A stretch of 64,000 nucleotides of DNA from an uncultured Planctomycetota bacterium (GTDB taxonomy: Bacteria > Planctomycetota > Planctomycetia > Isosphaerales > Isosphaeraceae): contig CAWGMQ010000006.1 in assembly GCA_963823665.1 (NCBI GenBank), positions 1,280,001-1,344,000 on the forward strand, in the 5' to 3' direction. The first letter of the stretch is position 1. Each line of letters starts with the position of its first letter. The position numbers and the translations under genes are program-made. This document shows, piece by piece, positions 32,689 through 44,113 of the stretch. The notes beneath the pieces are model-generated. The model was not told where the DNA came from and did not search any database. It saw only the letters and a list, made by a program, of their open reading frames with translations.

Positions 32689-33097
32689 GGACTGTCTCCG
32701 ACCCGGTACAAAGCCTGTTGGCGGTACCCAGATCTTCCGACTGATGCGACCATGACCCCATGTGGCAGTCTGGGGGAATGATCACAGGGCGTCGAGGAGT
32801 CCGGATTGTCGCGTCGAGGGCCAGTGGCTCCGGATCGAGGCGAGGAGCAGAGAACGGAAGAGCGGCATCATCGGATCGGTAGCCACGGCCATCTCAGTGC
32901 TTTGGATCCGTCGTCGAGAGCCGAGAAGATCCACGTCTTGCCACGAAATCGGTCTTGCACGGTGTTTACCTTGACGAATCCATCGACTCGCTGGAGCGAG
33001 TGCGATCGGAGGTCTGCGTTGTTTGAGCTGGTGCCGAATGATAAGCCGCGATCCGGTTTGGGCATATGCGGACGCCACGGAAGGGTTCTGCGGGCCC

Positions 33098-33125
33098 TTG
33101 ACATATTCCCACACGGGAATATAAT
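33098..33125 (+). promoter_or_regulatory. Sigma70 promoter with overlapping palindromic operator
   Basis: TTGACA (33098-33103), 16 bp, TATAAT (33120-33125); inverted repeat ATATTCCC-acac-GGGAATAT (33103-33122). Confidence 0.85.
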
Positions 33126-33131
33126 TGGCAC

Positions 33132-33503
33132 ATGCCTCGAGCAGCGACGACGACTGATGTATTCAACGCGATTGCCGAGCCCAGGCGGCGGGAGATCATC
33201 GACGTGCTCGCGCGCGGTCAGGAGCACGCCGTGGGCGAGCTCGTCGCGAAACTCCAGATCGCGCAGCCCGCGGTGTCGAAGCACCTTGCGGTGCTTCGCA
33301 AGGTGGGCATCGTGTCGGTGAGCAAGCGCGGTCAGCTCCGATTGTATCGACTCAATTCGGCCGGGCTGAAGCCCGTGTACGAATGGGCAAAGAGTTTTGA
33401 GAAGCTCTGGGCCCATCAGCTTGACCGAATCAAGGAGCGTGCGGAGCAACGAATGCGGGAACGACTTGATTCCACAGATCAACCGAAACCCAAGAAAGGA
33501 TAG
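33132..33503 (+). CDS. ArsR/SmtB-family transcriptional regulator
   Basis: DVFNAIAEPRRREII...VGEL...QPAVSKHLAVLRKVGIV. Confidence 0.92.
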   Translation: MPRAATTTDVFNAIAEPRRREIIDVLARGQEHAVGELVAKLQIAQPAVSKHLAVLRKVGIVSVSKRGQLRLYRLNSAGLKPVYEWAKSFEKLWAHQLDRIKERAEQRMRERLDSTDQPKPKKG

Positions 33504-33505
33504 TC

Positions 33506-33958
33506 ATGACACTCGAAACGAAGACGCCCGATGCGGTTCAGGCATTTGACATTCGCAACGAGATCGAGATCGCGGCTTCGATCGAAGTAACGTTCCAGGC
33601 GGTGCTCGACCAGCTTGGACCGAGTGGCGAGATGCCCGATGGCACGCCGTTTCCGTTCAAGCTCGAGGCGTGGCCCGGCGGCCGCTGGTACCGCGACCTG
33701 GGGAACAACGCGGGGCACCTTTGGGGCCACGTGCAGGTAATCAAGCCGCCAACGCTGCTGGAGATCGTGGGTCCGATGCCCATGTCGTACCCGGCGATCA
33801 ATCACGTGCAGTATCGGTTGAAGGCGGAAGGAAGCGGGACGCGGCTGACTTTACACCACCGCGCCATGGGTCTGATCACGCCGGAGCATCGCGACGGGAT
33901 GCCCAAGGGCTTTGAATTCTGGCTGCAGGCCATCAAGAAGCGTGCGGAGCGAAAGTGA
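33506..33958 (+). CDS. SRPBCC/AHSA1-domain protein
   Basis: IEIAASIEVTF, LEAWPGGRW, GTRLTLHH; common partner of ArsR regulators. Confidence 0.85.
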   Translation: MTLETKTPDAVQAFDIRNEIEIAASIEVTFQAVLDQLGPSGEMPDGTPFPFKLEAWPGGRWYRDLGNNAGHLWGHVQVIKPPTLLEIVGPMPMSYPAINHVQYRLKAEGSGTRLTLHHRAMGLITPEHRDGMPKGFEFWLQAIKKRAERK

Positions 33959-33983
33959 AACGCCAAATGCGCGACGAGTGTGT

Positions 33984-35565
33984 CTAGTCCGCTGGCCCGA
34001 ACACTGCCGCTAGCAGGCTGCTCATCGCAAACTGGATCACTTCTCGTTCCAGCTTCATGGCCTCCCGTTCGGCCGGCGGAGCCTTTTCCTCGCATGTGTA
34101 TTCCCACGCGACGAAGACCTTCAGCTCTTCTTTGTCGTCAATTCGCTTGGTTTCGACACCATACTTGAATTTGAGCCGTGCGAGCCGGCGAATTGCGAGC
34201 AAAACGTCGGCAGTTGCCGGAAGCCAAGCTGTTTTCTTGCCGCGAACGTACGTGCGCAAGAGATACGGAAGTGCAAAGTTCGGCTCACAAGCGATCGCAC
34301 GATCAAAGCTGGATAGTGCGCGGTCGAGGTCTTGCCGGCTTATCAGCGTCAGCACTCCAGCGCAGATCGGCGTGCGCACGAACGCGGCTGAAGTTGCCCC
34401 ATCCGATCGATGTCAGCGAGCGCCCCGGTCGTATCCCCCTGTCGCCATCGGACGAGCGAACGTCGGAAGTAGGCATCGGCCTCGGCTGGTCTGAGTTTGA
34501 CTGCTTGGTCGTGATCGGCAAGAGCGAGGCTTAATTCACTTTTCTTGACGTAGACATCAGCTCGGTATTGGTAGCCACGGTGTTGCTTCGGGTGCCGCGA
34601 GATCAGAGTCGTGTAGTCGGAGATCGCACGTTCAAGTTCGCCCAGCTCCATGTAACAACGAGCACGCTTCCAGAGGATCGTAGATGGGGTCGGAATCGAG
34701 CCGTAAAGGCCGGCGGCGCGACCGAGATCTCGAAGTGCGTCATTGTACGCATTCATCTGCATCGACGCGGCGGCGCGATAGATATATGCGTCGTTCCATT
34801 GCGCCCCATGCGCAATTGCAAATGAGAGCTCATCGATTGCACCTTTCGCGTCCCCTTCCATGCCAGCGATCACCCCGCGGAATGCGCGTGCTGCCGGTTC
34901 GGCCGGTGCGAGCTCGAGAACTTCGGATACCGCGTTCTTTGCATCTGCGACAGATTCTGTATTGCCGGTCAGAATTCGCTCTAGAAGACAACTCGCCCGC
35001 TGTAACAGGACGTCGACGTTGTCGGGCTCGCGAGCGACAACATACGCGAGATCGTTGAGCGCGTCGTCATAGCGGTCCAGAGCCTGGAATACGCGGCGCG
35101 CATGCGCCGTGCGTCGCGGCTATCGGGATCGCACGTGAGCGCACTTTCGCATTCGGCCAGAGCCAACGTGTTCGCCCGGGCCCGGAGATGCGCACTTGCT
35201 CGCTGCATGTGTTCGAAGGCGCGACGGTCGGCGTCAACAAGCTCCCGGACGCGGTTTGAGCGAGCAGGTGTCGGTGCGTCAAAAATCAATTCGGCGCCGT
35301 CAACATCCAAAAAACGGGTACGTTGGGTAGGTCGTGGATCGTCCAGGAAGCCCGGGGGTGATCCACCGACGAGGTCCGGAATTACCGTTTCGCCGACTTG
35401 CGGTTTGCTGGGTTGGAAGTCCGGAGGCGCAGGTACAAGATCCTGTCCGTGCGCGTTCGAGGCAGCCGCATTGCTGAAGATCGCTGCCGCTAGCACCGCC
35501 TGTCGGACGACGGATACCGCGGACTTCAGGGAGCACCATTCCCAACGAGACACAAACTGTGCCAT
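33984..35565 (-). pseudogene. Secreted TPR-repeat protein, split by two frameshifts (~35075, ~34375)
   Basis: Three consecutive ORFs (34981..35565, 34349..34873, 33984..34379), all with TPR patterns such as AYIYRA..., AISDYT, ADAYFRRS. Confidence 0.75.
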
Positions 35566-35836
35566 TGTTCACCCCCGATGCGGGATCGGTCGCGAGATCT
35601 TCTAACAAATTGCCGGTATTTCACAAGCTCGGTGTATTGAAACGGTTACGAAACGAGAGCTCGTCATATTGTCATCGACAGTTTAGTGAAAACCGCAGAC
35701 GGCCCAGAATCGTCCTTGTCGCATCGCCAGGCGTTGGGACGGCCGATGCTATTGACCCTCCTTCGGCTAGCCGTGTGTGAGCCGTTATGATAAATCGAGC
35801 GAACGGACATCGGCCCTCTGCTCAAACGAGGCCGGC

Positions 35837-36920
35837 ATGAACGATCAAGCCAAACCTGTCCCGCGTCTCCGGCGAAGATTCCTGCGCTTTAGCGTGAGGG
35901 GGATGATTGTCCTTGTGCTCTTGATCGGGGGTGGGCTCGGATGGCTTGTCCGGTGTGCGCATTCGCAACGGGATGCCGTTGCGGCGATCCGAGCGGCCAG
36001 TGGCGCGGTCCAGTACGAGTGGGAATGGAAGAATGGGAAGGCGATCGACGCAGGAAGTCCGCCGACACCGAAATCGCTAATCGAACTGCTGGGAATCGAC
36101 TTCTTCGGTGACGTCACAACCGTGAGGCTCAACTACGCGACAATTTTGGGCCTCAATCACACGAAGGTCGATGCAGCGATCATGCGCGTCGGACTTCTGC
36201 CACGGTTGGAGAAGCTTGACCTCGAGGCCTCGACTATTGACGATGCGAAGCTGGCGAACGTGCAAGGGCTGACGGGCCTGGTGGAACTCAACTTGGTCAA
36301 CACGCGCGTCACCGATACGGGCTTGGCGCATCTGAGGCATCTGACCAAGCTCTCGAAGCTCCGTCTCGCCGGTAGTGACGTCAGGGACGCCGGACTGGCA
36401 CATCTCGGGAATCTAACCAATCTTTCAGCGCTCGGACTCCAGCTCACAAAGGTTCTCCGACGCTGGTCTTGCGCATTTGGAGAAGTTGACAAATCTCGAG
36501 GATCTTGACCTGTGGGACACCAAGGTTACCGGCTCTGGACTGGTGTACTTGAGGAAGCTGACCAAACTCTCGAAACTCAACCTCGGCCTTAGTCAAGTGT
36601 CCGACGCCGGCCTCGAGCATCTGAACGGTCTGAATCGGCTCTCAGAACTTGACCTTTCCTTCACTCAGGTCACCGACGCCGGTTTGGTTCATCTGGAAGG
36701 ATTGAGCAATCTCTCCGAACTCAAGCTCATCGGCACGAAAGTCGGCGACTCCGGGCTGAAGCATCTGGCGGGTCTGACGAACCTCGCTAAACTGGACCTG
36801 CGCGACACTCGGGTCACCGACGCGGGTTTGCCGCATCTGCAGAATCTTCCCAAGCTCCGGTACCTGCGCGTTGAAGGCTCAGATGTCACCGACCGCGGCA
36901 GATGAACTCAAGCAAGCTCG
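35837..36920 (+). pseudogene. LRR paralogue 3, frameshifted (~36455, ~36900)
   Basis: RLRRRFLRFSVRG + TM; LRRs continue in ORF 36477..36905; the DELKQA cap is in another frame. Confidence 0.8.
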
Positions 36921-37262
36921 GCCGAGTCCGGTTGGTGGTCTGGACACGGGTCGTCGACCTGGGACGAGACGCAGACCACGCGGAGCGTCGCCCCCGGAAC
37001 GATCTCGTCGGACGGCGAAAGGATCACAGCGGAGTGCGGCTTGATGTTTTGAGGTCCTCGACCAACTCTGAGAGCTCGTCGTGCTCAATAACAAGACGGG
37101 GCTGCTCGGGAACCAAGGCCCGAAATCGACCACCTTGCGTACGGTCGATCGTGATCGTCAGCGACATGCCTCAACTCCGAATCAGCCAGTCGACCGATAT
37201 CCACTCAGTCTGTGGTAACCAAGTTCCTGGTCAGCCGGCGTCCCAATGACGGGAGGGGCGGA

Positions 37263-37322
37263 AAAGGAGCGGAGGCAGACGCCCACCACTCGGGTGTCTG
37301 GCTCCTTGGGTGTCTGGCTCCT
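37263..37322. repeat. Hairpin/tandem repeat containing GGGTGTCTGGCTCCT twice
   Basis: Direct copies at 37292-37306 and 37308-37322; cagacgccc at 37276-37284 can pair with gggtgtctg. Confidence 0.65.
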
Positions 37323-37679
37323 CTGTAATCCCCTGACAAAGCGCGGGGGGACTTTGAGCGGAGTCGTCTTGCCGAGACGCTGGCATAGACTCTCGGAGAC
37401 CTGTTTTTGGAGCGAAGCGCTTCCGATTGCAACCGAGCAAGAGACAACGATCTTCGTAAAACCCTCGGGACATGGTATTGTCGGAGAGTGGCTCTGGCTG
37501 CGGGTACGAATGTTTGGCGATCACCAGAAGGGGACGTTCCAAGCGTCCGATGTGTAAAGGGTGAATATGCCCCGCGGATCAACGAACACTTGACCGTCGA
37601 ATAACGACTTACGTCAGATCCGATGTGAAGAGTTCGGACTAGAACTCAACTCTTACACTGGATGTCCATCCGGGTTCAC

Positions 37680-38218
37680 ATGGAATCACGGCAGCCCCAA
37701 TCCGCTTGGAACTCGATCTCCCGACGGAGCTGGCTCTTGGGTGCTCTGGCCGGGTGGGCCTCTGCATCAGTCAAGGCCGAAGGGAACGACGTCCTCGACG
37801 CCATTCGCACCCGAGGCAGGAACGCCGGACTCGGGGCATTCGGCATCAACAAGTCGGATCACTTCTCCGTTATCGGTGATGCACCCGAGGTCAGGTCAAT
37901 CGTTACTGGTTGGAGGTTTTCGCGCTGGATCGCGGCAGGATCAAGAATTGGGTGCCCATCCCGAAGCTGATAGTTGACGACGATTTATTCGATAAGGAAC
38001 AGACGAGAAACATCGCGTACGCTGAGAGTTGGGCGACCGTCAAAGTGCTGCTCAGTACCAAGGCCAGGCTCCCCACATTTCGCCGTTACCTGGAGACCAT
38101 CCGTTTGCGGCGCGTACCTGCTGAGCGGCTCAAGGATGTCAGGGACACGTTAGGAGATCTCGATGAGCTAGACAGGGAGGTCAAGCATTACGCGGAAACG
38201 ATGATCAGGAAGCTGTAG
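37680..38218 (+). pseudogene. DUF1570-like protein remnant (Tat-like signal, central part missing)
   Basis: SRRSWLLG N-terminus and HFSVIGDAP, then a frame change to ..DDDLFD..AYAESWA... Confidence 0.5.
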
Positions 38219-38374
38219 CGTGCGAAGCATCGTTGGCGAGGGGACTTCCGCGCGGGACGGTGTTAGCTAACACGGATGGCGATCCAGATTCGACGGTCGA
38301 TTCATCGATGAGGAGAACTTCCCTGCAAAAGGCGGGATTCTGACTCTGCTGCCCGACCTTGGGGCTGAACTCGT

Positions 38375-39246
38375 ATGTCCACCACCTTTGCCAAACCCGT
38401 CTCGCGTCCCTGGCGAAGATTCTTGCGCTTCAGCGTGCGCGGGCTGATCATCGTCGTGCTTGTGATTGGCGTTTGGCTCGCCTGGATTGTAAGGTGTGCG
38501 CGTATTCAGCGCGAGGCGGTGGCGGCGCTTCAGACCGCGGGAGGCACGGTGCATTACAACGGGGAGCGGCGCGTCCCGTGGGACGGGCCGGACGAATTTA
38601 CGATTTATGGCGCACGGCCGATGGCTCCGCCGTGGCTGATCGATCTCGTTGGCATCGACTATTTCTGCCACGTCAGCGCTGTCGAGCTCTACAGGCCGAA
38701 GTTGGCGACGAACGCAACCCTCGGTCGAATCGCTTGTATGACTCAACTTCTGGAGCTGCATATCTCCGGAGCGAGCAGGATCTATACAAGGGCGAGGCAC
38801 AGCAAAGGGTGGACCGAACTCGATACGATGAACCTCAAGCATTCGCAAATCACCGACATCGGCATGGAACATCTGAAGCGGCTGACCATGCTCTCAAAGC
38901 TTGATCTGAGCAACACCCAAATCTCCGATGTCGGACTGGCACATCTGAAAGCGCTTACTGAACTTACTTTTCTCGATTTCAGCGATAACGAAATCACCGA
39001 CTCGGGCCTGGCACGTCTTAAGCCACTGTCGAGCTCTCCGAGCTCCGGCTCAACGGCACCAAGGTCACCGACGCCGGGCTGAAGCATCTGACGGGGCTTA
39101 CCAATCTCGCGGAACTCGATGTCAGCGGCACTCAAGTCACCGTCGCCGGGGTAGAAGGACTTCAGCAAGCCTTGCCGAACTTGAAGGTCATCCGTTACCC
39201 CAACTTTTTCCCCGCTGTTATCCATGCCCGCCCGGCTCGTGACTGA
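38375..39246 (+). pseudogene. LRR paralogue 4, frameshifted (~39030)
   Basis: RPWRRFLRFSVRG + TM + LRRs; after the shift reads LSELRLNGTKVTDAGLKHL...LQQALPNLKVIR to a stop at 39246. Confidence 0.8.
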
Positions 39247-40042
39247 CGATTGCACCCGCGCGAGTTGAGCCCAGAGCCGAGCGGCCATCGACCGGCGTTG
39301 CCGAACTGGCTACATGTGTGGCTAGCCGGTGGGGTTCGACGATGGAAACCGAGCGAGCGAAGCGGCTGGCGGAATTTGTCGCTAGGGTTGGTGCGAACAT
39401 CCAAGGCGATGAGAAGGAAAGCCAGCCACGGATCGCTTGAACCCGCCAAAACGCTGGGTGTCTTTGCGTCAGGAAAAGCTCGAGAAAGGAGGAAGTGCCT
39501 CGAAACACAGAAACCTTTCATCGCGACCCTGCGGGTTAACGAATCCCGCCCGGCAGAGCCTGGCCGGCAGCCGGAAGCAAGTCTTGCGTGGGGAGGGGTG
39601 ACCCTCACTGCGAAGCGTAGACAGCGAGTCTCCATGCCATGCTATCGAGCCCCGAAATACTCATCGTGGGAGCCTCCGTTGTAGACACAAGCGGGGGCCG
39701 TGTCGACACGCCGCAATGGCCTGGCGTGTTCGGTCCTGCCGGGGTCCAAGAACATGGCGCAGGGACGCGAGGGTTGCTCGGGAACCTGAGAGCCCCATCC
39801 GTCTCCACTGACATTTCCGGCTCGGGATCCGGAATACCAACTCCCCGGCCCACGACCTCGCGTCGGGTCGCTGGGAGCGAACAGGACGCAAGGGTGGTAT
39901 CGCCACACGAAGGCAACGAAGTGCGGCGAAAGGGGCGGATGGGAGTCGGAGCGTCTCGTAGTACCGTTGAAGCCGGGGAACCACTCCGAGGGACCCGGTG
40001 GAGGGAAGGAGACGCCATGTCACACAACCGTTGGAGGGAAAC

Positions 40043-41395
40043 ATGGCGGGTGCATCGGAACCCGTGGACGTGTCCACGAAACAACAACGGATAGCGGAAC
40101 TCGCTCGGCGAAGCCCGGAGATGGGATTCACATCCCTGGGGCACTTCATCGACCTCGATTGGCTGCTCACAGCTTACTACCGGACCCGCCAAGACGGGGC
40201 GGTGGGCGTAGACGGACAAGATGGCGAGGCCTACGCAGCGAACCTGGTCCCGAACCTACGGTCGCTGCTGGAACGAGCCAAGTCCGGTACGTACCACGCA
40301 CCGCCTGTGCGGCGAGTGCATATCCCCAAGGCAGGCTCAGCGACCGAAACCCGGCCACTGGGAATCCCGACCTTCGAGGATAAAGTGCTCCAGCGTGCTG
40401 TCGTGATGGTTCTGGAGGCGATATACGAGCAGGACTTCAAGAACTGCTCGCATGGCTTCCGGCCCGAGCGATCGGCACACACTGCGTTAGAGAGCCTGTG
40501 GCAACAGACGATGAACATGAAGGGCGGATGGGTAGTGGATGTGGACATTCGTAAGTTCTTTGACACGATTGACCACGGCCATCTACGCGACTTCCTCAAG
40601 CGTCGGGTGCGAGACGGAGTGCTGCTCCGGCTCATCGGCAAATGGCTCAATGCGGGCGTCTTCGAGAACGGGTGCGTTACGCACCCCGAAATGGGGTCGC
40701 CACAAGGGGGTGTGATCAGCCCGATCCTTTCGAATATCTTCCTGCACTACGTGCTGGACGAGTGGTTCGAGCGGGAGGTTCAGCCTCGGATGATGGGCAG
40801 ATCGTTCTTGATCCGCTATGCGGACGACTTCGTCATGGTCTTCTCATGCGAGTCCGACGCACGGCGTGTGATGAATGTGTTGCCCAAACGCTTTGAGAAG
40901 TACGGCTTGACCATCCACCCGGACAAGACGCGGCTGGTGCCGTTCGAGCGGCCATCGGACCGTCCCAAACCGGAAGGCAGACCCACACGAACTCCACCAG
41001 GGACTTTCGACCTGCTGGCGTTCACCCATTACTGGGGTCGCTCCCGGCAGGGTCGCTGGGTGGTGAAGCGCAAGACGTCCAAAAGTCGATTTCGCCGCAG
41101 CCTGCGAACGTTGGCGGATTGGTGTCGCAAAAATCGCCATCAACCGCTCAAGGTGCAGCACCGGATACTAGGTCAGAAACTGCTAGGCCACTATGCCTAC
41201 TACGGAATCACCGGCAACTCCAAAATGTTGTCACGGTTTCGCAGTGGTGCCACCTGGCTCTGGCAGCACTGGCTGTCGCGCCGCGGGCGCGGCCGTCGGA
41301 TGACGTGGGATCGGTTCGCTCGTTTCCTGAAGCATAAACCGCTTCCGGCAGCGATCGCGATCCACTCGGTATGCCGTCTCGTAGCGAACAAGTGA
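40043..41395 (+). CDS. ltrA: Group II intron reverse transcriptase/maturase without endonuclease domain
   Basis: GAVGVDG, RPLGIPTFEDK, DIRKFFD, GSPQGGVISPILSNIFL, RYADD, GHYAYYGITGN. Confidence 0.93.
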   Translation: MAGASEPVDVSTKQQRIAELARRSPEMGFTSLGHFIDLDWLLTAYYRTRQDGAVGVDGQDGEAYAANLVPNLRSLLERAKSGTYHAPPVRRVHIPKAGSATETRPLGIPTFEDKVLQRAVVMVLEAIYEQDFKNCSHGFRPERSAHTALESLWQQTMNMKGGWVVDVDIRKFFDTIDHGHLRDFLKRRVRDGVLLRLIGKWLNAGVFENGCVTHPEMGSPQGGVISPILSNIFLHYVLDEWFEREVQPRMMGRSFLIRYADDFVMVFSCESDARRVMNVLPKRFEKYGLTIHPDKTRLVPFERPSDRPKPEGRPTRTPPGTFDLLAFTHYWGRSRQGRWVVKRKTSKSRFRRSLRTLADWCRKNRHQPLKVQHRILGQKLLGHYAYYGITGNSKMLSRFRSGATWLWQHWLSRRGRGRRMTWDRFARFLKHKPLPAAIAIHSVCRLVANK

Positions 41396-41442
41396 CATGA
41401 CGAGCCGGGTGCCTGAATTGGGCAAGCCCGGATCTGTGGGAG

Positions 41443-43862
41443 TCGCGAAACGAAGCTGCGGATGAGTCTGTTATGACTGGATTTGCAACCAGGACATAAC
41501 CCGATGTACGACCACCGGAACCCTACCAGGACGTGCGGCCGGAGCAATCCGACCGTGCGAAGCTCTTGGGACAACGTAACCTCACCTTCGGGTGGTTGGA
41601 TATCCCGTGAGGGAATCCGGCGACTGCGAACGCCAATGCGGTCGGGGGCCAGGGGTGGATGGCATGGCTAATCCAGGTGAACTGCCGATAAACGTCGTGA
41701 GATCCAACAAGCCAAAGGCGCTGAGAGGCTTGAACCAAAAAGGTACGTGGCCAGGTACAGTGGGATTTCCCATCCCCTGTCGTCGTCATCCGAGCCACCG
41801 GCGGAGAGGCAGAGCCTAAACCATCCGTGATTCATCCGTGGAACGTGGTAAGCCCGTCGCCCTCCCTTCGGGGTAGGACCGTCGTAAGGCGTCGCCGATG
41901 GGGCGGCGGGTGGAGGATGAGGGAGCAAGCCAATGCCGTTCGGTAGTCGATCGGATAGAGGGTGAGTCCTCCCACGGACGACATCCCCTCACCGCGAAAG
42001 CGGTGCCGACTTCCCTCAGGTGTTCCGTCACGAGAGAACCTTGGCCAACCGACTCAGGGAGACAAGCAGATATGTCGGCGGCAGAAATGCTTGCTGGTGC
42101 GGCTCCCGAGCTTACGCCCGACTGGCACTCCATCGAATGGAAGAAAGTCTGGCGCACAGTCCGTCGGCTCCAGGCGCGTATCGTGAAGGCTGTTGCGGAG
42201 GGCAGATGGAATAAGGTCAAGGCTCTGGTTTATCTGCTCACGCACTCGTTCAGTGGCCGGGCCCTGGCCATTTTGCGAGTCATCAGTAATTCGGGTGCGA
42301 AGACTCCCGGTGTGGACGGAGTTCTCTGGAACACACCGGAAGCCAAGTCGGCTGCTTTCAGCACTCTGCGTCGGCACGGTTACCAACCGCAACCGCTCCG
42401 CCGGGTGTACATTCCCAAAAGCAACGGCAAGCGACGTCCTCTCGGAATTCCCACCATGTCAGATCGAGCCATGCAGGCATTATACTTGCTAGGCCTCGAT
42501 CCCATTGCGGAATCTCGAGCCGACGGCCATTCCTATGGCTTTCGGCTGGAACGTCGTTGTGCCGACGCCCTGGAACAATCTCATATTGTCTTGGGTAATC
42601 GGAGCGGTCCAGCATGGATTCTCGAAGGGGACATCAAAGCTTGCTTTGATCGCATCAGTCATGACTGGCTCTTGACGCACGTCCCCATGGACCGGCAGTT
42701 GCTCGGGCAATGGCTGAAAGTGGGTTTCCTGGAGAAGCACGCCTGGTTCGCCACCACGGAAGGAACACCTCAAGGCGGGATCATTTCACCCGTCCTGGCG
42801 AATTGGACTCTGGATGGACTGCAACGGCTGTTGGCGGAACAGTTCGCCGAGAAGCACGGGCGACAACGGAAGTTTAAAGTCCACCTGGTCCGCTATGCGG
42901 ATGACTTCTTGATCACGGGCATCTCAAAGGAACTCCTCCGTGACCAAGTGCAACCTCTCGTGGCTCATTTCTTGAAGGAACGCGGCTTGGAACTTTCCCA
43001 CGAGAAAACCCAGATCACGCATGTGGAGGATGGCTTCGATTTCTTGGGGCAGAATGTGCGACGCTATCGCTGCGGCAAGGTGTTCACCAAGCCGTCCTTG
43101 CGAAACGTGAAGACGTTCTTGAACAAGATACAGGAAACGATCGACGGCTCGGGCAGCCTAACGGCAGGAGAGATGATCTGGCGTTTGAATCAGCAGATCA
43201 AGGGCTGGACCATGTACCACCGTTACGCGGCGAGCAAGCGCACTTTTACGTACGTGGATCACCGGATTTTCCAGAAATTGTGGCGTTGGTGTCGACGACG
43301 GCACCAGAACAAAGGCCGGAGGTGGATCAAGGAGAAATACTTCCAGCAAGACGGTTACCGCCACTGGGTCTTCACCGGTACGCTGTTTGACCAGAAAGGC
43401 CAAGGCCGGCCGATCCAGTTGATGGAAGCAGCCAAAGTGAAGATCATTCGTTATGTGAAGATCCGGAGCGACGTGAATCCCTACGATCCGAAGTGGGAAC
43501 TGTACCTGGAAGCACGACTGGGTTGGCAACTGAGCCAAACGCTGGCAGGTCGGGGTCGGATCGAATACTTATGGAAGGAACAAGAGGGACGATGCGTGGT
43601 CTGTGGTCAACCGCTGCGGATCGCAGAGGAAGACTTGCATCTCCACCATCGCATCTGGCGCAGCCGGGGCGGTTCTGGCACAGCCGACAACCTGGAGTTG
43701 TTGCATGCCAACTGTCATCGGCAGATCCATGTCCAAGAACGACTGACGAAAGCGGCCGCGTCCTGCGAGGGGCGTTCGTGAAGGCTTGAGCTGCATGAAG
43801 GGAAACTTTCACGTGCAGTTCTGAGGGGAGGGGGTGGCGGTAACGTCACCTCCTTACCCGGC
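41443..43862 (+). mobile_element. Group II intron B (chloroplast-like class), nested in intron A
   Basis: Removing 41443-43862 restores A's DVI. EBS2 AGATCC at 41700-41705, EBS1 TTCCCA at 41767-41772, DV at 43788-43821, DVI ending ttacccggc. Confidence 0.88.
42072..43781 (+). CDS. ltrA: Group II intron RT/maturase with C-terminal HNH endonuclease
   Basis: N-terminal [11 protein letters not shown]...[26 protein letters not shown]...HHR...GG...NL.LLHANCH. Confidence 0.95.
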   Translation: MSAAEMLAGAAPELTPDWHSIEWKKVWRTVRRLQARIVKAVAEGRWNKVKALVYLLTHSFSGRALAILRVISNSGAKTPGVDGVLWNTPEAKSAAFSTLRRHGYQPQPLRRVYIPKSNGKRRPLGIPTMSDRAMQALYLLGLDPIAESRADGHSYGFRLERRCADALEQSHIVLGNRSGPAWILEGDIKACFDRISHDWLLTHVPMDRQLLGQWLKVGFLEKHAWFATTEGTPQGGIISPVLANWTLDGLQRLLAEQFAEKHGRQRKFKVHLVRYADDFLITGISKELLRDQVQPLVAHFLKERGLELSHEKTQITHVEDGFDFLGQNVRRYRCGKVFTKPSLRNVKTFLNKIQETIDGSGSLTAGEMIWRLNQQIKGWTMYHRYAASKRTFTYVDHRIFQKLWRWCRRRHQNKGRRWIKEKYFQQDGYRHWVFTGTLFDQKGQGRPIQLMEAAKVKIIRYVKIRSDVNPYDPKWELYLEARLGWQLSQTLAGRGRIEYLWKEQEGRCVVCGQPLRIAEEDLHLHHRIWRSRGGSGTADNLELLHANCHRQIHVQERLTKAAASCEGRS

Positions 43863-44113
43863 CCTTGGGGGAGCGATCCCCCAAGGCGACCCGGCGAAAC
43901 CCGTGGCGATCCTCGAAGCGGTCGACGCAATGAGCGTCGAACAAATCGGCCCGATGTCGGCGGAGACAGTTGAAGCGGGGTTGGATCACAAGCGATTCAT
44001 TGAATCACCAGGCGGATGGTCCGTCGGACCAAGCGCTTTTTTTGGTATGATGGCGGTCGCAGTAGTTATCCAACCAGCACCTTCGACGCGTCCCTCTCTC
44101 AGGACCTTCAACG

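Larger units (their letters stand above)
39464..43895 (+). mobile_element. Group II intron A (class E-like), interrupted by intron B at the DV/DVI junction
   Basis: 5' end TTGCG at 39464 after IBS1 GTGTCT; EBS1 AGACAC at 39683-39688; DIV stem atgtcac/gtgacat; DV at 41402-41434; DVI remainder at 43863-43895. Confidence 0.88.
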
